From assembly GCA_964584335.1 (NCBI GenBank), contig CAZOZN010000002.1:130974-194973 (forward strand): 64,000 bases of DNA. The letters are read 5' to 3'. Within the stretch, counting starts at the first letter, position 1. Each line of letters opens with the position of its first letter. Positions 49,561-59,797 of the stretch are shown here, one piece after another. Both the position numbers and the translations under genes were made by a program. This stretch comes from an uncultured archaeon (GTDB taxonomy: Archaea > Aenigmatarchaeota > Aenigmatarchaeia > PWEA01 > JAGHBM01). The notes below the pieces were generated by a model. The model had not been told where the DNA came from and did no database searches. It saw only the letters and a list, made by a program, of their open reading frames with translations.

Positions 49561-49899
49561 TTAAAGTTTTTCTATTTCTTCCAGCCCGCTTTCTATAAAA
49601 TCCGATAACTGTTTTTCCGACTTGGCACCGACATCTCTTTTTACTATTTCACCTTTCCAGAAAATCGCATATGTCGGGACGCCGGCTATCTTGTATTTTG
49701 CCGGTGTTCTTGGGTTCCTGTTGACGTTAAGGCTTGTAAATTTCAAGTTTCCGTCATATTTTTTTCTTATTTTTTCTATTATCGGCTCCATTGTTTTGCA
49801 CGGTATGCACCACGAACCCCAAAAGTCAACAAGAACGGGAGTTGGAGATTTTAAAACCTCCTCTTCAAATGTTTTGTCCCTTAACTCCATTTTAATCAC
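49561..49899 (-). CDS. trxA: Thioredoxin
   Basis: VLVDFWGSWCIPCK, GVPT. Confidence 0.92.
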   Translation of the reverse strand: MIKMELRDKTFEEEVLKSPTPVLVDFWGSWCIPCKTMEPIIEKIRKKYDGNLKFTSLNVNRNPRTPAKYKIAGVPTYAIFWKGEIVKRDVGAKSEKQLSDFIESGLEEIEKL

Positions 49900-51413
49900 T
49901 TGTTAACAAACTTGCCTTCATACCCTTCCTTTTCCTTTGTTCCAGGGTCGTAAACCTCTATGGTCTCTGATTCTTTCTTTGTTCCATCCCATCTGGTCTT
50001 TGGCATTATGGTGTGCTTTTTTTCCATTATCCTTTCTTTTATTCCTTCCTTTGTCAGAAGTTCAAACATTCTCTTTATTTCCTTTTCCAAATCCGTTCTT
50101 GGCTTGAAACCAAAAGCATTTGGAAGCTTCCTTGATACAACCTCAAACGGATGCCTGTCCGCCTCCACTCTCGGGTTTTCTATTCTTTGTATTTTTACAT
50201 CGTATCCGAATTCCTTGCCAACCTTTGCAACAGCCTCTGCTATGTCCTTGAGCTTGTAAAGTCCGGAAACCTGGTTTACCACGTCATACTGACCGGGTTC
50301 TGGAGGGGATGATATCAACCTGACCATGCATTCCATCGCATCCTCCAAGGCAATAAATCCTCTTATCTGTTCCCCCTCGCCGTATAGCGTAAGAGGTATG
50401 CCTGCAATGGCCTGGGAGACGAAACGGTTAACCACAGTTCCGAACCACTCGTCTATGTCAAGCCTTGTCCTCAAGTCAGGGTGCTTTGAAACCTGTTCCG
50501 TATGAACTCCGTATATAACTCCCTGCATTATATCGTATGAACGAAGCCACCAGTACTTGCAGGCTTCATATACATTATACGTGTCCTGAACCTTGCTTAC
50601 GTGGTAAAAAGAGACAGGGTCTCTTGGTGTTATTTCTCCGCCCATGCTCCATTCCCTTCCGTTCCAGTTCAAAGTAGAATCCGCCGGGAACATGCCCTCA
50701 AAAAGAGGCCTTCCTGTTAGCGGAGTTCCATATTCTCCCATGGTACCCAGCTTTATTAGATTTGCCTCCGGGCAAACATCCTTTATTATCCAAAGCAATT
50801 TTAAAGTACCCAGAACGTTATTGTCCTGCGTGTCAACAGCATGCTTGGCATCAACCATCGAGTAAGGCGCACTGGGTATCTCGGCGTAATGTATTATCGC
50901 TTCAGGTTTTACTTCTTCCATAAATTCCCTTAATTTTGAGTCGTCCCTTATATCCATTCTTCTGAAGTTTATATCCAACCCGAGTTTCTCTTTTGCAGCC
51001 CTGAGCCTGTCAGTCATCTTTGCTATAGGAACTATAGTATGACCGCCCTTTTCCATAAGACAGTCCCTTCTCGTGTAGTTGTCAATACCGCTTACCTTGC
51101 ATCCAAGATTCGCCAGTTTAAGAGCAAGAGTCCATCCAAGATAACCGTCCAAACCCAGAATCATTACTCTCATATCTTTAAGCAAATAACCGTAATCAGT
51201 TTCTTTCCACTCCGGACATTCCTCAAAAGTTATTGAAGGTTCAAAATGACCCAGTTCCTTTCTCCTGGTACATTCTATCATTATTTCCTCGTCTTCTTTC
51301 CCGCTAACTTTTTCCTTTGTCTGGCCGCAGGCCCTAAAGTCTACATTACCTGCCAGCTTTGCAGCAGGACAATTCCAACAAGTCTTTTTTGCATTGTGCA
51401 TATTATACATCAC
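49896..51413 (-). CDS. sqdB: UDP-sulfoquinovose synthase-like (SqdB/Agl3) with Cys-rich N-terminal extension
   Basis: GLDGYLGW, PSAPYSM, NNVLGT, KLGTMGEYGTP, FYHVSK, QGVIYG, FGTVVNRF, ENPRVE. Confidence 0.82.
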   Translation of the reverse strand: MMYNMHNAKKTCWNCPAAKLAGNVDFRACGQTKEKVSGKEDEEIMIECTRRKELGHFEPSITFEECPEWKETDYGYLLKDMRVMILGLDGYLGWTLALKLANLGCKVSGIDNYTRRDCLMEKGGHTIVPIAKMTDRLRAAKEKLGLDINFRRMDIRDDSKLREFMEEVKPEAIIHYAEIPSAPYSMVDAKHAVDTQDNNVLGTLKLLWIIKDVCPEANLIKLGTMGEYGTPLTGRPLFEGMFPADSTLNWNGREWSMGGEITPRDPVSFYHVSKVQDTYNVYEACKYWWLRSYDIMQGVIYGVHTEQVSKHPDLRTRLDIDEWFGTVVNRFVSQAIAGIPLTLYGEGEQIRGFIALEDAMECMVRLISSPPEPGQYDVVNQVSGLYKLKDIAEAVAKVGKEFGYDVKIQRIENPRVEADRHPFEVVSRKLPNAFGFKPRTDLEKEIKRMFELLTKEGIKERIMEKKHTIMPKTRWDGTKKESETIEVYDPGTKEKEGYEGKFVNK

Positions 51414-52659
51414 CCATTTTGTTTATTATTTTGACCACATCCTCGACGGACGGATTTTCAGGGACAAACTTTTTGTTTTTGTTTCCCTTTACAAAAAGAA
51501 AAGCTTCCGGATTATGCATTCCCGTGAAAGGACTTTCTTCAAATACTTTATCAGTTATTTTACCCCTCAGGTTAAATCCTTTGTTCGGTATTAAAACCAA
51601 ATCCGGAGCATCATCAAAACACTTGCCTCTGTAAATGTTTTCTTTCTCGTGAATTTCCTTGATTACTTTTTCTCCTTTTATTTCAAGGCTGTTAAAAATT
51701 TTAATCAAATTATCCCTGACCTCTTTTTCATTTTCAACCAAACCTCTGGGATACTTGCCTTTTTTGTTTATGTACAACCTGCCAAATTCCATGGCAAATG
51801 CTTTTGTGTCTTTTTCTATGTCCTTGTACTTCTTTTTCTCACCCCCCAAACTAAGAAGGCCTTCCTTAATCAATACCCCGTTAAGATTTACGTTGAACTT
51901 TACTCTTTCCATTCCATGGTCTGAGATTAAGATTAGGTTATCATCTTTCGAAAGTTTAGAATCAATATCACCTATCATATTATCAACCATCTCAAAGAAC
52001 TTTAAAAAACTTTGGTGGTGTTCATTATCTTTTTCCTCGTAAGCGTCCCACAGAAAGTGTCCCAGCCTGTCCGAGCCCGTTATAACAAATTTAAAAACAT
52101 CCCAGTCAAAATCATCCCAAAAAAAGTCTGCGGCTTTTTTTCTTTTTTCAAGCGTATCAAAAAGCTCATTAAAAAGCATCATCTTTGACATGTGCGCCTT
52201 TTCCAAATCAACATCTATCTTGTAATCCATCTCCTTTAGTTTTTCCAGATATGAGGAAGGGTATATGGAACGTTCTATCCTCGGAGAAACAAAGCCCGAT
52301 ATGTGACAACCGTTCATCTCTCTCGGAGGATAAGTTGAAGGCACGTTTATTATTACCGACTTCTTCTTGTTTTTCTCCCAGAAAGGGGGACTCCTCAAGT
52401 TGCGGAAGTCGGAAAATGAAAGCGTGTAGCTTCCTTTTATCATGTCCGTAAAACCGTAGATGCCATGCTCTCCCGGATTCTCTCCCGTTATTATTGTACT
52501 CCAGGATGCTGATGAAACAGCGGGTACCGAGGACTTCATTACTTTGAATATACCATCCTCTCTGAGCTTCTTGAAATTTTTCATAACTCCCCTGTCAGAA
52601 AGGTCCTTCATAAGAGAGTAAGGAACGCCGTCTATCCCTATTATAACTGTTTTTCCCAT
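51403..52659 (-). CDS. Alkaline phosphatase superfamily (NPP-like) protein
   Basis: IGIDG, P.VSSASW...TG.NPG.HGIYGF, DRLGH, SDHG, APDL, TGMH. Confidence 0.85.
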   Translation of the reverse strand: MGKTVIIGIDGVPYSLMKDLSDRGVMKNFKKLREDGIFKVMKSSVPAVSSASWSTIITGENPGEHGIYGFTDMIKGSYTLSFSDFRNLRSPPFWEKNKKKSVIINVPSTYPPREMNGCHISGFVSPRIERSIYPSSYLEKLKEMDYKIDVDLEKAHMSKMMLFNELFDTLEKRKKAADFFWDDFDWDVFKFVITGSDRLGHFLWDAYEEKDNEHHQSFLKFFEMVDNMIGDIDSKLSKDDNLILISDHGMERVKFNVNLNGVLIKEGLLSLGGEKKKYKDIEKDTKAFAMEFGRLYINKKGKYPRGLVENEKEVRDNLIKIFNSLEIKGEKVIKEIHEKENIYRGKCFDDAPDLVLIPNKGFNLRGKITDKVFEESPFTGMHNPEAFLFVKGNKNKKFVPENPSVEDVVKIINKMGDV

Positions 52660-52758
52660 TTTATCACTATTGTTGTAAAAATAAAATACAACTTATTATT
52701 GTGTTTTTATATTACAACATATTTATATATAAAGTTTTCTATAATTAAAAAGAGACTT

Positions 52759-53538
52759 ATGGGATACGAGGACCTTAAGATTCTGGGTTTAAACAGACAA
52801 CAGTCACAAGTTCTTTATCAGCTAATAAGACTTGGAGAGGCCAAGGCAAGCAGCCTTGCAAAATCATGCGAAATAGACCGGGTAAGGGTTTACGATATAC
52901 TTGAAGAGCTTTACTCAATGGGTTTTATAAGAAAAATAAAAAGCAGGCCAACCAAGTACGTTTCTCTTGAACCTAAAAAAATATTTGACAACGCTCTTGA
53001 TTACAACAAAAGGTTTTTTGAAAAAAAGAAAGAAGAGCTGGCTAAAAACAAGAGGAAAGTAGAGGAAGAGCTATCCCATGTTTTCAACAGGTCGGACAAG
53101 AAAAAACCCAAGAACATTCTTGAATTGCTTTCTATAGGAGATGTTTCCGAGAATGAAACAAGAAAGCTTATAGAGGACTCAAAAAAAACCGTAAGAATAA
53201 TGACAGAGGCACTCCAGTATGTGGGCTCTTTAGAAGAGGCACTTAAAAAAACAAATTCAGACATAATGGTCATATTCCAGAACAGGGGTCTTTCAAGCAG
53301 GGCCAAGAAATCACAGAAAATAGCCGTTGAAAAGCTCAAAAAAGCAGGTGCCCAGATAAGGTACTACGAAAAAATGCCCCTGAGAGGATGCATATCAGAC
53401 GACAAAAAGGCCATAATAAACATACAGGACAAAAAATCATCCAATCTCCTCAGGGATTGTATCTTTACAAACCACAAGGCTTTCGTTGAGGCGATGAATA
53501 TCTATTTTGACAACATGTGGGAAAAATCCTCCAGGTGA
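52759..53538 (+). CDS. TrmB-family transcriptional regulator
   Basis: LKILGL...VLYQL, LAKSCEIDRVRVYDILEEL..GF...RPTKY, C-terminal effector/PLD-like domain; ATG 52759 preferred as start. Confidence 0.88.
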   Translation: MGYEDLKILGLNRQQSQVLYQLIRLGEAKASSLAKSCEIDRVRVYDILEELYSMGFIRKIKSRPTKYVSLEPKKIFDNALDYNKRFFEKKKEELAKNKRKVEEELSHVFNRSDKKKPKNILELLSIGDVSENETRKLIEDSKKTVRIMTEALQYVGSLEEALKKTNSDIMVIFQNRGLSSRAKKSQKIAVEKLKKAGAQIRYYEKMPLRGCISDDKKAIINIQDKKSSNLLRDCIFTNHKAFVEAMNIYFDNMWEKSSR

Positions 53539-53542
53539 TTTT

Positions 53543-54157
53543 TTGAAGGTATCTGTTGTTATCCCCGCTTACAACGAAGAGAACACAATAACCGGGGTCT
53601 TGAAAAAAATACCAAAAAATTATGAAAAAATAGTGGTGGATGATAATTCAAATGACAACACGGCAAAACTTTCTTCAAAATACGCAAGAGTCATCTGTAA
53701 CAAAAAAAACCTTGGCTACGAAAAGTCAATAAAAAAAGGAATTGAAGAGGCCAAGGGAGATGTAATTATAACCATGGACTCGGACGGGGAGCACGACCCG
53801 GGGGACATAAAGAGATTCCTGAGCCAGATGGAAAAATATGACATGGTTATCGGTGAAAGGGATGAACTGCCGAGACTGACAGAAAAAATGATGGCGTGGC
53901 TGGTTAGAAGAAGAGTATCCGGGATAAGGGACCCTGCAAACGGATTCCGCGCTTTCAAAAGGGAATTGGTAAGGGAGCTAAGCTTTGAAAACACATCCTT
54001 TGGCTGCAAAACTTTATTGAGGGCCAACAAAAAAGGTTTTAAAATAAAGACTTTAAAGATAAAGACAAGAAAGAGAAAAGATGAACCCAGAAACAAATTA
54101 CTTCCGATAATAAAATCAATATTGGGATTGACAAAGGAAATTATTTTAGGTGAATAA
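53543..54157 (+). CDS. GT2 glycosyltransferase (DPM1-like)
   Basis: SVVIPAYNEE, VVDDNS.D.T, MDSDGEH, GFRAF; GGTGA RBS before TTG at 53543. Confidence 0.9.
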   Translation: MKVSVVIPAYNEENTITGVLKKIPKNYEKIVVDDNSNDNTAKLSSKYARVICNKKNLGYEKSIKKGIEEAKGDVIITMDSDGEHDPGDIKRFLSQMEKYDMVIGERDELPRLTEKMMAWLVRRRVSGIRDPANGFRAFKRELVRELSFENTSFGCKTLLRANKKGFKIKTLKIKTRKRKDEPRNKLLPIIKSILGLTKEIILGE

Positions 54158-55079
54158 AGTGAAGATAGGAATAACAGGCGCTTTGGGTTACATAGGTTCA
54201 AGGCTCGCAAAGGACTCACTCGAAGAGGGTAATGAAGTGGTTGGTGTGGACAATCTCTCTCTGTCAAAAATAAACAAAATTGAGGGAGCAAAAACAGAAA
54301 ACATAGACATAAAGAACCTAAGGGAAACAGAGGAAGCCCTAAAGGGTTGCGATATAATTTATCATCTTGCCGCCTTTCCCGGTCTTGACAACTGCAAGAG
54401 AGACCCGGAACTGGGTTATGATACAAACATTATAGGCACGCAAAACATAAGCTGGATTTGCTACAAGTGTGGGATACCGCTAATTTTCGTTTCCTCAATG
54501 GCAATATTCGGTGACCCCAAGGAATTCCCGATAACCGAAAATCATCCAATAGACCCGCAAAACCTATACGCAAAGATGAAACTGATGGGCATGAGAGCAG
54601 TGGAAACTTTCTCCAAAGACTCCTTCCCGTCCTACATATTCATACTTTGCAACGTTTACGGAGACCACGAAGTGGACGGAAAAACAGTAACAAAGGAAAG
54701 GATTGTAATAAACAAATTTTCCGCTCAGGCAAAAAGAGGAGAAAAACTTACGGTTTTCTCTCCCGGCGACCAGGCAAGAAGCTTCATAAACGTAAAGGAT
54801 GTATCTGCTGCTCTGTTGAAAAGCAAGGATAAAATAATACATGACGAGAAGAAAACAAAAATCTTCAATCTGGCCAGCCAGTGTTTTTCAGTTCTCGAGG
54901 TAGCAAACCTAATCAAAGAATTAAAACCGGACACGGAAATAGAAATAGTCAAAAACCCGAGGGAAGACGAGACCACTGTGAAGAACTTTGAAGTATCAAC
55001 GGAAAAAATAAAAAACTATCTGGGTTTCACTCCGAAAGTGAAAATAGAAGACGCGATAAAGGAAATGATTTCCGAATAA
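54150..55079 (+). CDS. NAD-dependent epimerase/dehydratase
   Basis: TGALGYIGS, HLAA, YAKMK, NVYG, NPR. Confidence 0.88.
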   Translation: MNKVKIGITGALGYIGSRLAKDSLEEGNEVVGVDNLSLSKINKIEGAKTENIDIKNLRETEEALKGCDIIYHLAAFPGLDNCKRDPELGYDTNIIGTQNISWICYKCGIPLIFVSSMAIFGDPKEFPITENHPIDPQNLYAKMKLMGMRAVETFSKDSFPSYIFILCNVYGDHEVDGKTVTKERIVINKFSAQAKRGEKLTVFSPGDQARSFINVKDVSAALLKSKDKIIHDEKKTKIFNLASQCFSVLEVANLIKELKPDTEIEIVKNPREDETTVKNFEVSTEKIKNYLGFTPKVKIEDAIKEMISE

Positions 55080-55110
55080 CCTTTTTAATTCTTATACACA
55101 AAATAAGATT

Positions 55111-56664
55111 ATGCCAAACCAAAACAGGGACAGGGAACACGAAAGGGCCGTAAAGACCGTGGCCAAAGGTGCAGGCATAGCTTTTTTGGGACTAATATTG
55201 GGTAAATTTCTCGACTTCTCTACAAGAGTATTTGTTGCAAGGAGTATGGGACCTGAGATTTATGGACTCATAGCTTTGGGAATAGCTGTTATAAGCATAA
55301 TAGGTAGGGTAACATCATTTGGTTTTGGAATGGGTGTAAATAGATTTATATCATTTTACACAGGTAAGAAAAATCTAAAAAAGGTAAAGGGAGCGATATT
55401 TTATTCTTTTAGGATATCATTACCAGTGACTCTTTTATTTTCTTTTTTACTTTTTTTATTTTCACATGAAATATCTGTAATATTTTTTTCAAATCCTGAA
55501 ATGTCTACGGTACTTAGGATTTTTTCAATAGCATTACCCCTTTCAGTTGCAATAAGAATATCGCGTTCAATACTTCTTGGTTTTAAAATGGTAAAGGAAA
55601 AAATAATTTCAAGAGAAATATCAAAAAGTGCCTCAACTCTTATTTTTGTTATTATTTTTTTCTACTTAGGTTTTGGTTTTTTTGGAACTGTTTTTTCTTA
55701 TTTTCTTGGTTTTCTTGTTTCTTTTATTATGGGTATTTTTTTCATAAAAACAAAAATATTACCCCAACTTAAAAAAATAAGATACGCTAATGTCACAAAG
55801 GAAATATTGTTTTTTTCATTTCCTTTGTTTATGACAAGTACTATTGCATTGATAATGTCATGGACTGATGTTATTATGTTGGGTTATTTTGACACTGTTT
55901 ATAATGTTGGTATTTACGAATCTTCTCTTAATTTATGTATTTTAATGACTTTTGTTTTAGATTCTTTTGCTTTTATAATACTACCTGTAATATCTGAGCT
56001 ATTTTCGAAAAATAAAATCGAAGAAATAAGAAATATTTATAAAATATCAACCAGATGGATTTTTTCAGCAGTTTTCCCTGTTTTTCTTCTATTAATTTTA
56101 TTTCCTGGGAAAATACTTACCACACTTTTTGGAAGTGAGTTTGCTTCTGGTTCCACGACTCTAATAATACTTTCATTAGGATACCTTGTCTATATAACAG
56201 TTGGACTCACATCTCAAACTATAACGGCCATAGGAAAGCCAAAGATAAACTTTTATTATAGTTTTTTTGCAGCAATTTCTAATATTTTGTTGAATATAAT
56301 TCTGATACCAGTTTATGGTATGGTTGGTGCAGCAATAGCAATGACATCATCTTTACTTATACAGAACATTTTATCTATAAATTACCTTAAAAAAGAACTT
56401 CAGATAAAACCATACAACAAAACTTATATTAAGCCAATAATTTCTGCAATTTTTTTAGGAATATTATTTTATTTTATTTTAAAACCGTTTGATGGAATAT
56501 TTTTTATTTTAGGTCTCTTAACATTTTCGTTTTTTTATCTGTTCATAATGCTTTTCATATTTAAGGGACTCGAAAAGGAAGATATACTGATTATAAAATC
56601 AATAGAAAGAAGAAGTGGATTAAAAATGACACTTATTAAGAGAATATTAAAAAGATTTACTTAA
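55111..56664 (+). CDS. Wzx/MATE-like oligosaccharide flippase
   Basis: About 14 TMs, GPEIYG, TDVIMLG, LIPVYGMVGAAIA. Confidence 0.9.
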   Translation: MPNQNRDREHERAVKTVAKGAGIAFLGLILGKFLDFSTRVFVARSMGPEIYGLIALGIAVISIIGRVTSFGFGMGVNRFISFYTGKKNLKKVKGAIFYSFRISLPVTLLFSFLLFLFSHEISVIFFSNPEMSTVLRIFSIALPLSVAIRISRSILLGFKMVKEKIISREISKSASTLIFVIIFFYLGFGFFGTVFSYFLGFLVSFIMGIFFIKTKILPQLKKIRYANVTKEILFFSFPLFMTSTIALIMSWTDVIMLGYFDTVYNVGIYESSLNLCILMTFVLDSFAFIILPVISELFSKNKIEEIRNIYKISTRWIFSAVFPVFLLLILFPGKILTTLFGSEFASGSTTLIILSLGYLVYITVGLTSQTITAIGKPKINFYYSFFAAISNILLNIILIPVYGMVGAAIAMTSSLLIQNILSINYLKKELQIKPYNKTYIKPIISAIFLGILFYFILKPFDGIFFILGLLTFSFFYLFIMLFIFKGLEKEDILIIKSIERRSGLKMTLIKRILKRFT

Positions 56665-58191
56665 TTATTGTATATATCCTAAATCAGATAATCTTTTCCT
56701 AACTTCATCTTCCTCTTTTTTTCTTATAGTATCATCTTTTTTTTCAATTTGATGATTTTTCAAATTTATCGTCTCGGAAGTATTTTTTAAAATACTATAG
56801 AGAACTTTACCGTCCATATCTTCTGGTTTTTTTATACCATATATTTGTAAAATTGTTGGAGCAAGATCAAGTATTGAAACAACTTCAATTTCTTGTTTTT
56901 TGAAATCAGGTCCAAAAGCCATAAAAATACCTTTTCTTTTGTTTTCAGCTCTCCAAATATTTATTGTGTCAAATACATTTTTTTTACCTATACCGCCTTC
57001 TATGTGCGTGTTTTCAGCTTGATCTAATATTAAGTCAGGTGCCTCATCCATATAAGGTCCGTTATAAAGTTCTTCTTTTTCATAAACGTTTTTGAATATT
57101 TTCTTACCTTCTTTTGATATCTCAATAAGTTTTTTCTTTATTTCATTTTTTTTATCTTCTTTTAGTATGTAAACTAATCCTTGACCGCTAGCTACAGCAT
57201 CAGAAGAATCCCAATTTATTGTATTTGTTTTTCCTTCTCTTTTTATCTCTCCGGAAGACGAAGGAATGCTCCTCAAAACTCTTGTTGGTATTATTTTTTT
57301 GACAAAATGTTTTATCCCGATTTTTTCAAGAAAAGCTCTTATTTTATCCCTCTTGAAACCGACTTTTTTCATGTTTTGAAGAATTTCATATCTTTTATTA
57401 TATTTTAAATAACCTTCTTTGTTGAGCCATGTGTTTATATTAAATATGTTTTTTATTTCATTTGATCCATGATCGCTCATAAAAATTATATTAAAATCAC
57501 CTTTTTTCAAAAGTTCGCCTATGTTTTTGTCTATTATTTTCCATGCTTTTTTTGTTTCTTCACATCTCCATAGAAAGTGATGAAATGTGTTTATATGAAA
57601 CATTGCTATTTGTATGAAATCAAAATCATGATTTTTCATAAGATAAAAGGCTACTTTAAATCTCGAATCAATTATTTTATACATTTCTTCTACTGCCTTT
57701 TTTTTATTTGTTCTTATATTGTGTTTGGGGTGAATTCTATATCCAAATTTTTCTTTTAATTCTTTTTCTAGACTTTTGGGATACGTAAAATCATTCTCTG
57801 AACAATCCGGACCACCCGAAACAAAAAAACCATTTATTTTTTTTGGAGGGTACGTAAGTGGAGTTCCTATAACACACAATTTATACCCCGCTTCACTTAG
57901 ATAGTCCCATATTTCCTTTTCCTTGTTTTTTCTTTCGGCAGGATAATAAACTTTTTTTTCTTTCTTGTTTATATTTTCCCACCAGAATATACCGAGCTTT
58001 CCGGGGTTCTTTCCCGTATAATATTTTTTCCAGTTGGGTGAGGTTACTGGTGGAAGTCCAACATCCAAATCGGATGAAATTCCATTATCAATAACTTTCT
58101 TTATGTTTGGTAATGAACCTTCCTTTAGCCATGGTGTTATCAGTTCAAAATGTGCACCATCTATTCCTATTACAATAGTTTTATTTTTCAT
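56665..58191 (-). CDS. Alkaline phosphatase superfamily (NPP-like) protein
   Basis: IGIDGA, PPVTSPNW...TGKNPGK.G, SDHG, APDL, DLAPTIL, C-terminal RLSDLGYIQ. Confidence 0.85.
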   Translation of the reverse strand: MKNKTIVIGIDGAHFELITPWLKEGSLPNIKKVIDNGISSDLDVGLPPVTSPNWKKYYTGKNPGKLGIFWWENINKKEKKVYYPAERKNKEKEIWDYLSEAGYKLCVIGTPLTYPPKKINGFFVSGGPDCSENDFTYPKSLEKELKEKFGYRIHPKHNIRTNKKKAVEEMYKIIDSRFKVAFYLMKNHDFDFIQIAMFHINTFHHFLWRCEETKKAWKIIDKNIGELLKKGDFNIIFMSDHGSNEIKNIFNINTWLNKEGYLKYNKRYEILQNMKKVGFKRDKIRAFLEKIGIKHFVKKIIPTRVLRSIPSSSGEIKREGKTNTINWDSSDAVASGQGLVYILKEDKKNEIKKKLIEISKEGKKIFKNVYEKEELYNGPYMDEAPDLILDQAENTHIEGGIGKKNVFDTINIWRAENKRKGIFMAFGPDFKKQEIEVVSILDLAPTILQIYGIKKPEDMDGKVLYSILKNTSETINLKNHQIEKKDDTIRKKEEDEVRKRLSDLGYIQ

Positions 58192-58901
58192 TTTATACCA
58201 CATTTTAAAGATAATAATGCTTTAATTTGATTTATTGAATAGTTTTCAGATATACAAACTCTTCTTATTTCATAAGGATAGTCTTTTTCTTTAATAAAGC
58301 TGTTTTTAGTTGTTAATGCAAAGGAATAAAAGTCTTTTACTTTATTTTTTATTTTTTTGTTAAACCTTCCTTTAGGATACGCAATGTAAAGTATTTTCTC
58401 TCCAAGTTCTTTTTCCAGTATTTCTTTTGATTTTTCCAGTTCTTCTTTAATTTCATTTTCACTTAATTTTGTTAAAACTCTATGGGAATGTGTATGACTC
58501 CCGAAAGTAACAAGACCAGATTTTTTCATTTTTTTTATTTCTTTCCAAGACATCATATTTCTTTTTATTGGTTTTACATCTTTTGGATTTATTTCTTTCC
58601 ATATTCTGTTAGTACCGACGTATTTTGTTGTTATGAATATTGTTACCGGTGTTTTGTTTTTTTTAATTATCGGAAAAACTTCTGTGTAGTTTTCTTTACA
58701 TCCGTCATCAAATGTTATAGCTATTTTGTTTTTACCTGGATTTTTTATTATTTCATCCAAGCTAACTATTTGAAAGTTTTTTTTAAGATAATTTAAATGA
58801 CTTTCTGGTATTTTTTTATGGTAATTTAGTATACAAGATTTTATTAATTTAGGATTTACAAAATTTCCATAAGCACTTAGCAACATTTTTTTAAAGTTCA
58901 T
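58188..58901 (-). CDS. Polysaccharide deacetylase (CE4)
   Basis: ITFDDG, GSHTHSH, AYPKG. Confidence 0.9.
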   Translation of the reverse strand: MNFKKMLLSAYGNFVNPKLIKSCILNYHKKIPESHLNYLKKNFQIVSLDEIIKNPGKNKIAITFDDGCKENYTEVFPIIKKNKTPVTIFITTKYVGTNRIWKEINPKDVKPIKRNMMSWKEIKKMKKSGLVTFGSHTHSHRVLTKLSENEIKEELEKSKEILEKELGEKILYIAYPKGRFNKKIKNKVKDFYSFALTTKNSFIKEKDYPYEIRRVCISENYSINQIKALLSLKCGIK

Positions 58902-59793
58902 TTATAACACTTTTTATTTTTTGATTTTCGTAAAGTTCGGTAGAAATTGCCAATATAAAGTTTCTTTTTTCATAGTCTTTGTTTTTTATTTTATAAAGCT
59001 CTTTTTTGTGTGGATTAATACCGAAAATAATGTATCCTTCGTTTTTAAGTTTATTATAAACTGATTTTATATTACAACCCAATTTCTTTATTTTATTTGG
59101 GTGTGTTTCCATTACAATAATGTTTTTTTTGGAGAGAATTTCTTTCGATCCCTCTAAAATTAGGTATTCTGCACCTTCCACATCTATTTTTATTAAGTCT
59201 GGCCATATAGAATTTTTTTTACAGTATTCATCAAGACTTATTGTATTTACTTCTATTGTTTTTTCATTTAAATTTTTATTATCTGATAAGAAATGTTTGC
59301 CGTCGTGTAAATTACCACTAATTACCAGATTCGATACTCCTGTTTTATTACTTACTGCGACATTTTCTGTAATGCAGTTTTTGATATTGTTTAATTTTAT
59401 ATTTCTAACTAAAATTTTGTATGTATGAGGATTTGGCTCAAAGGAAATTATCTTACCTCCATTAACTAAATTCTTTGAAAATTTTAGTGTATGGAATCCC
59501 CATTTTGCACCAATGTCAAAAAATATGTCTTTTTTGTTTAATAAAGAATCGATAACTTTTATTATACCTTCTTCTGCTATGCCATCAAAGTATAAATGTT
59601 TACCCTGCCCAAGCTTAGGATTTATATACATTTTTAGATTATCACCAATTTTTTTAATTAAGAAGATGTTTGGTAATGTTTTTATCTTAAATTCTCTTTT
59701 TAATTTTTCAAAATTTTCTTTTATTATAAGCTTTCTGGGATTTTTACCTTCCTTAAATTGTTTTATAACTTTCTTGGTTTTTTTTATTAACAT
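58891..59793 (-). CDS. FkbM-family methyltransferase
   Basis: FFDIGAKWG, FEPNP, IKIDVEGAE; ATG 59793 preferred as start. Confidence 0.9.
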   Translation of the reverse strand: MLIKKTKKVIKQFKEGKNPRKLIIKENFEKLKREFKIKTLPNIFLIKKIGDNLKMYINPKLGQGKHLYFDGIAEEGIIKVIDSLLNKKDIFFDIGAKWGFHTLKFSKNLVNGGKIISFEPNPHTYKILVRNIKLNNIKNCITENVAVSNKTGVSNLVISGNLHDGKHFLSDNKNLNEKTIEVNTISLDEYCKKNSIWPDLIKIDVEGAEYLILEGSKEILSKKNIIVMETHPNKIKKLGCNIKSVYNKLKNEGYIIFGINPHKKELYKIKNKDYEKRNFILAISTELYENQKIKSVINEL

Positions 59794-59797
59794 AAAA

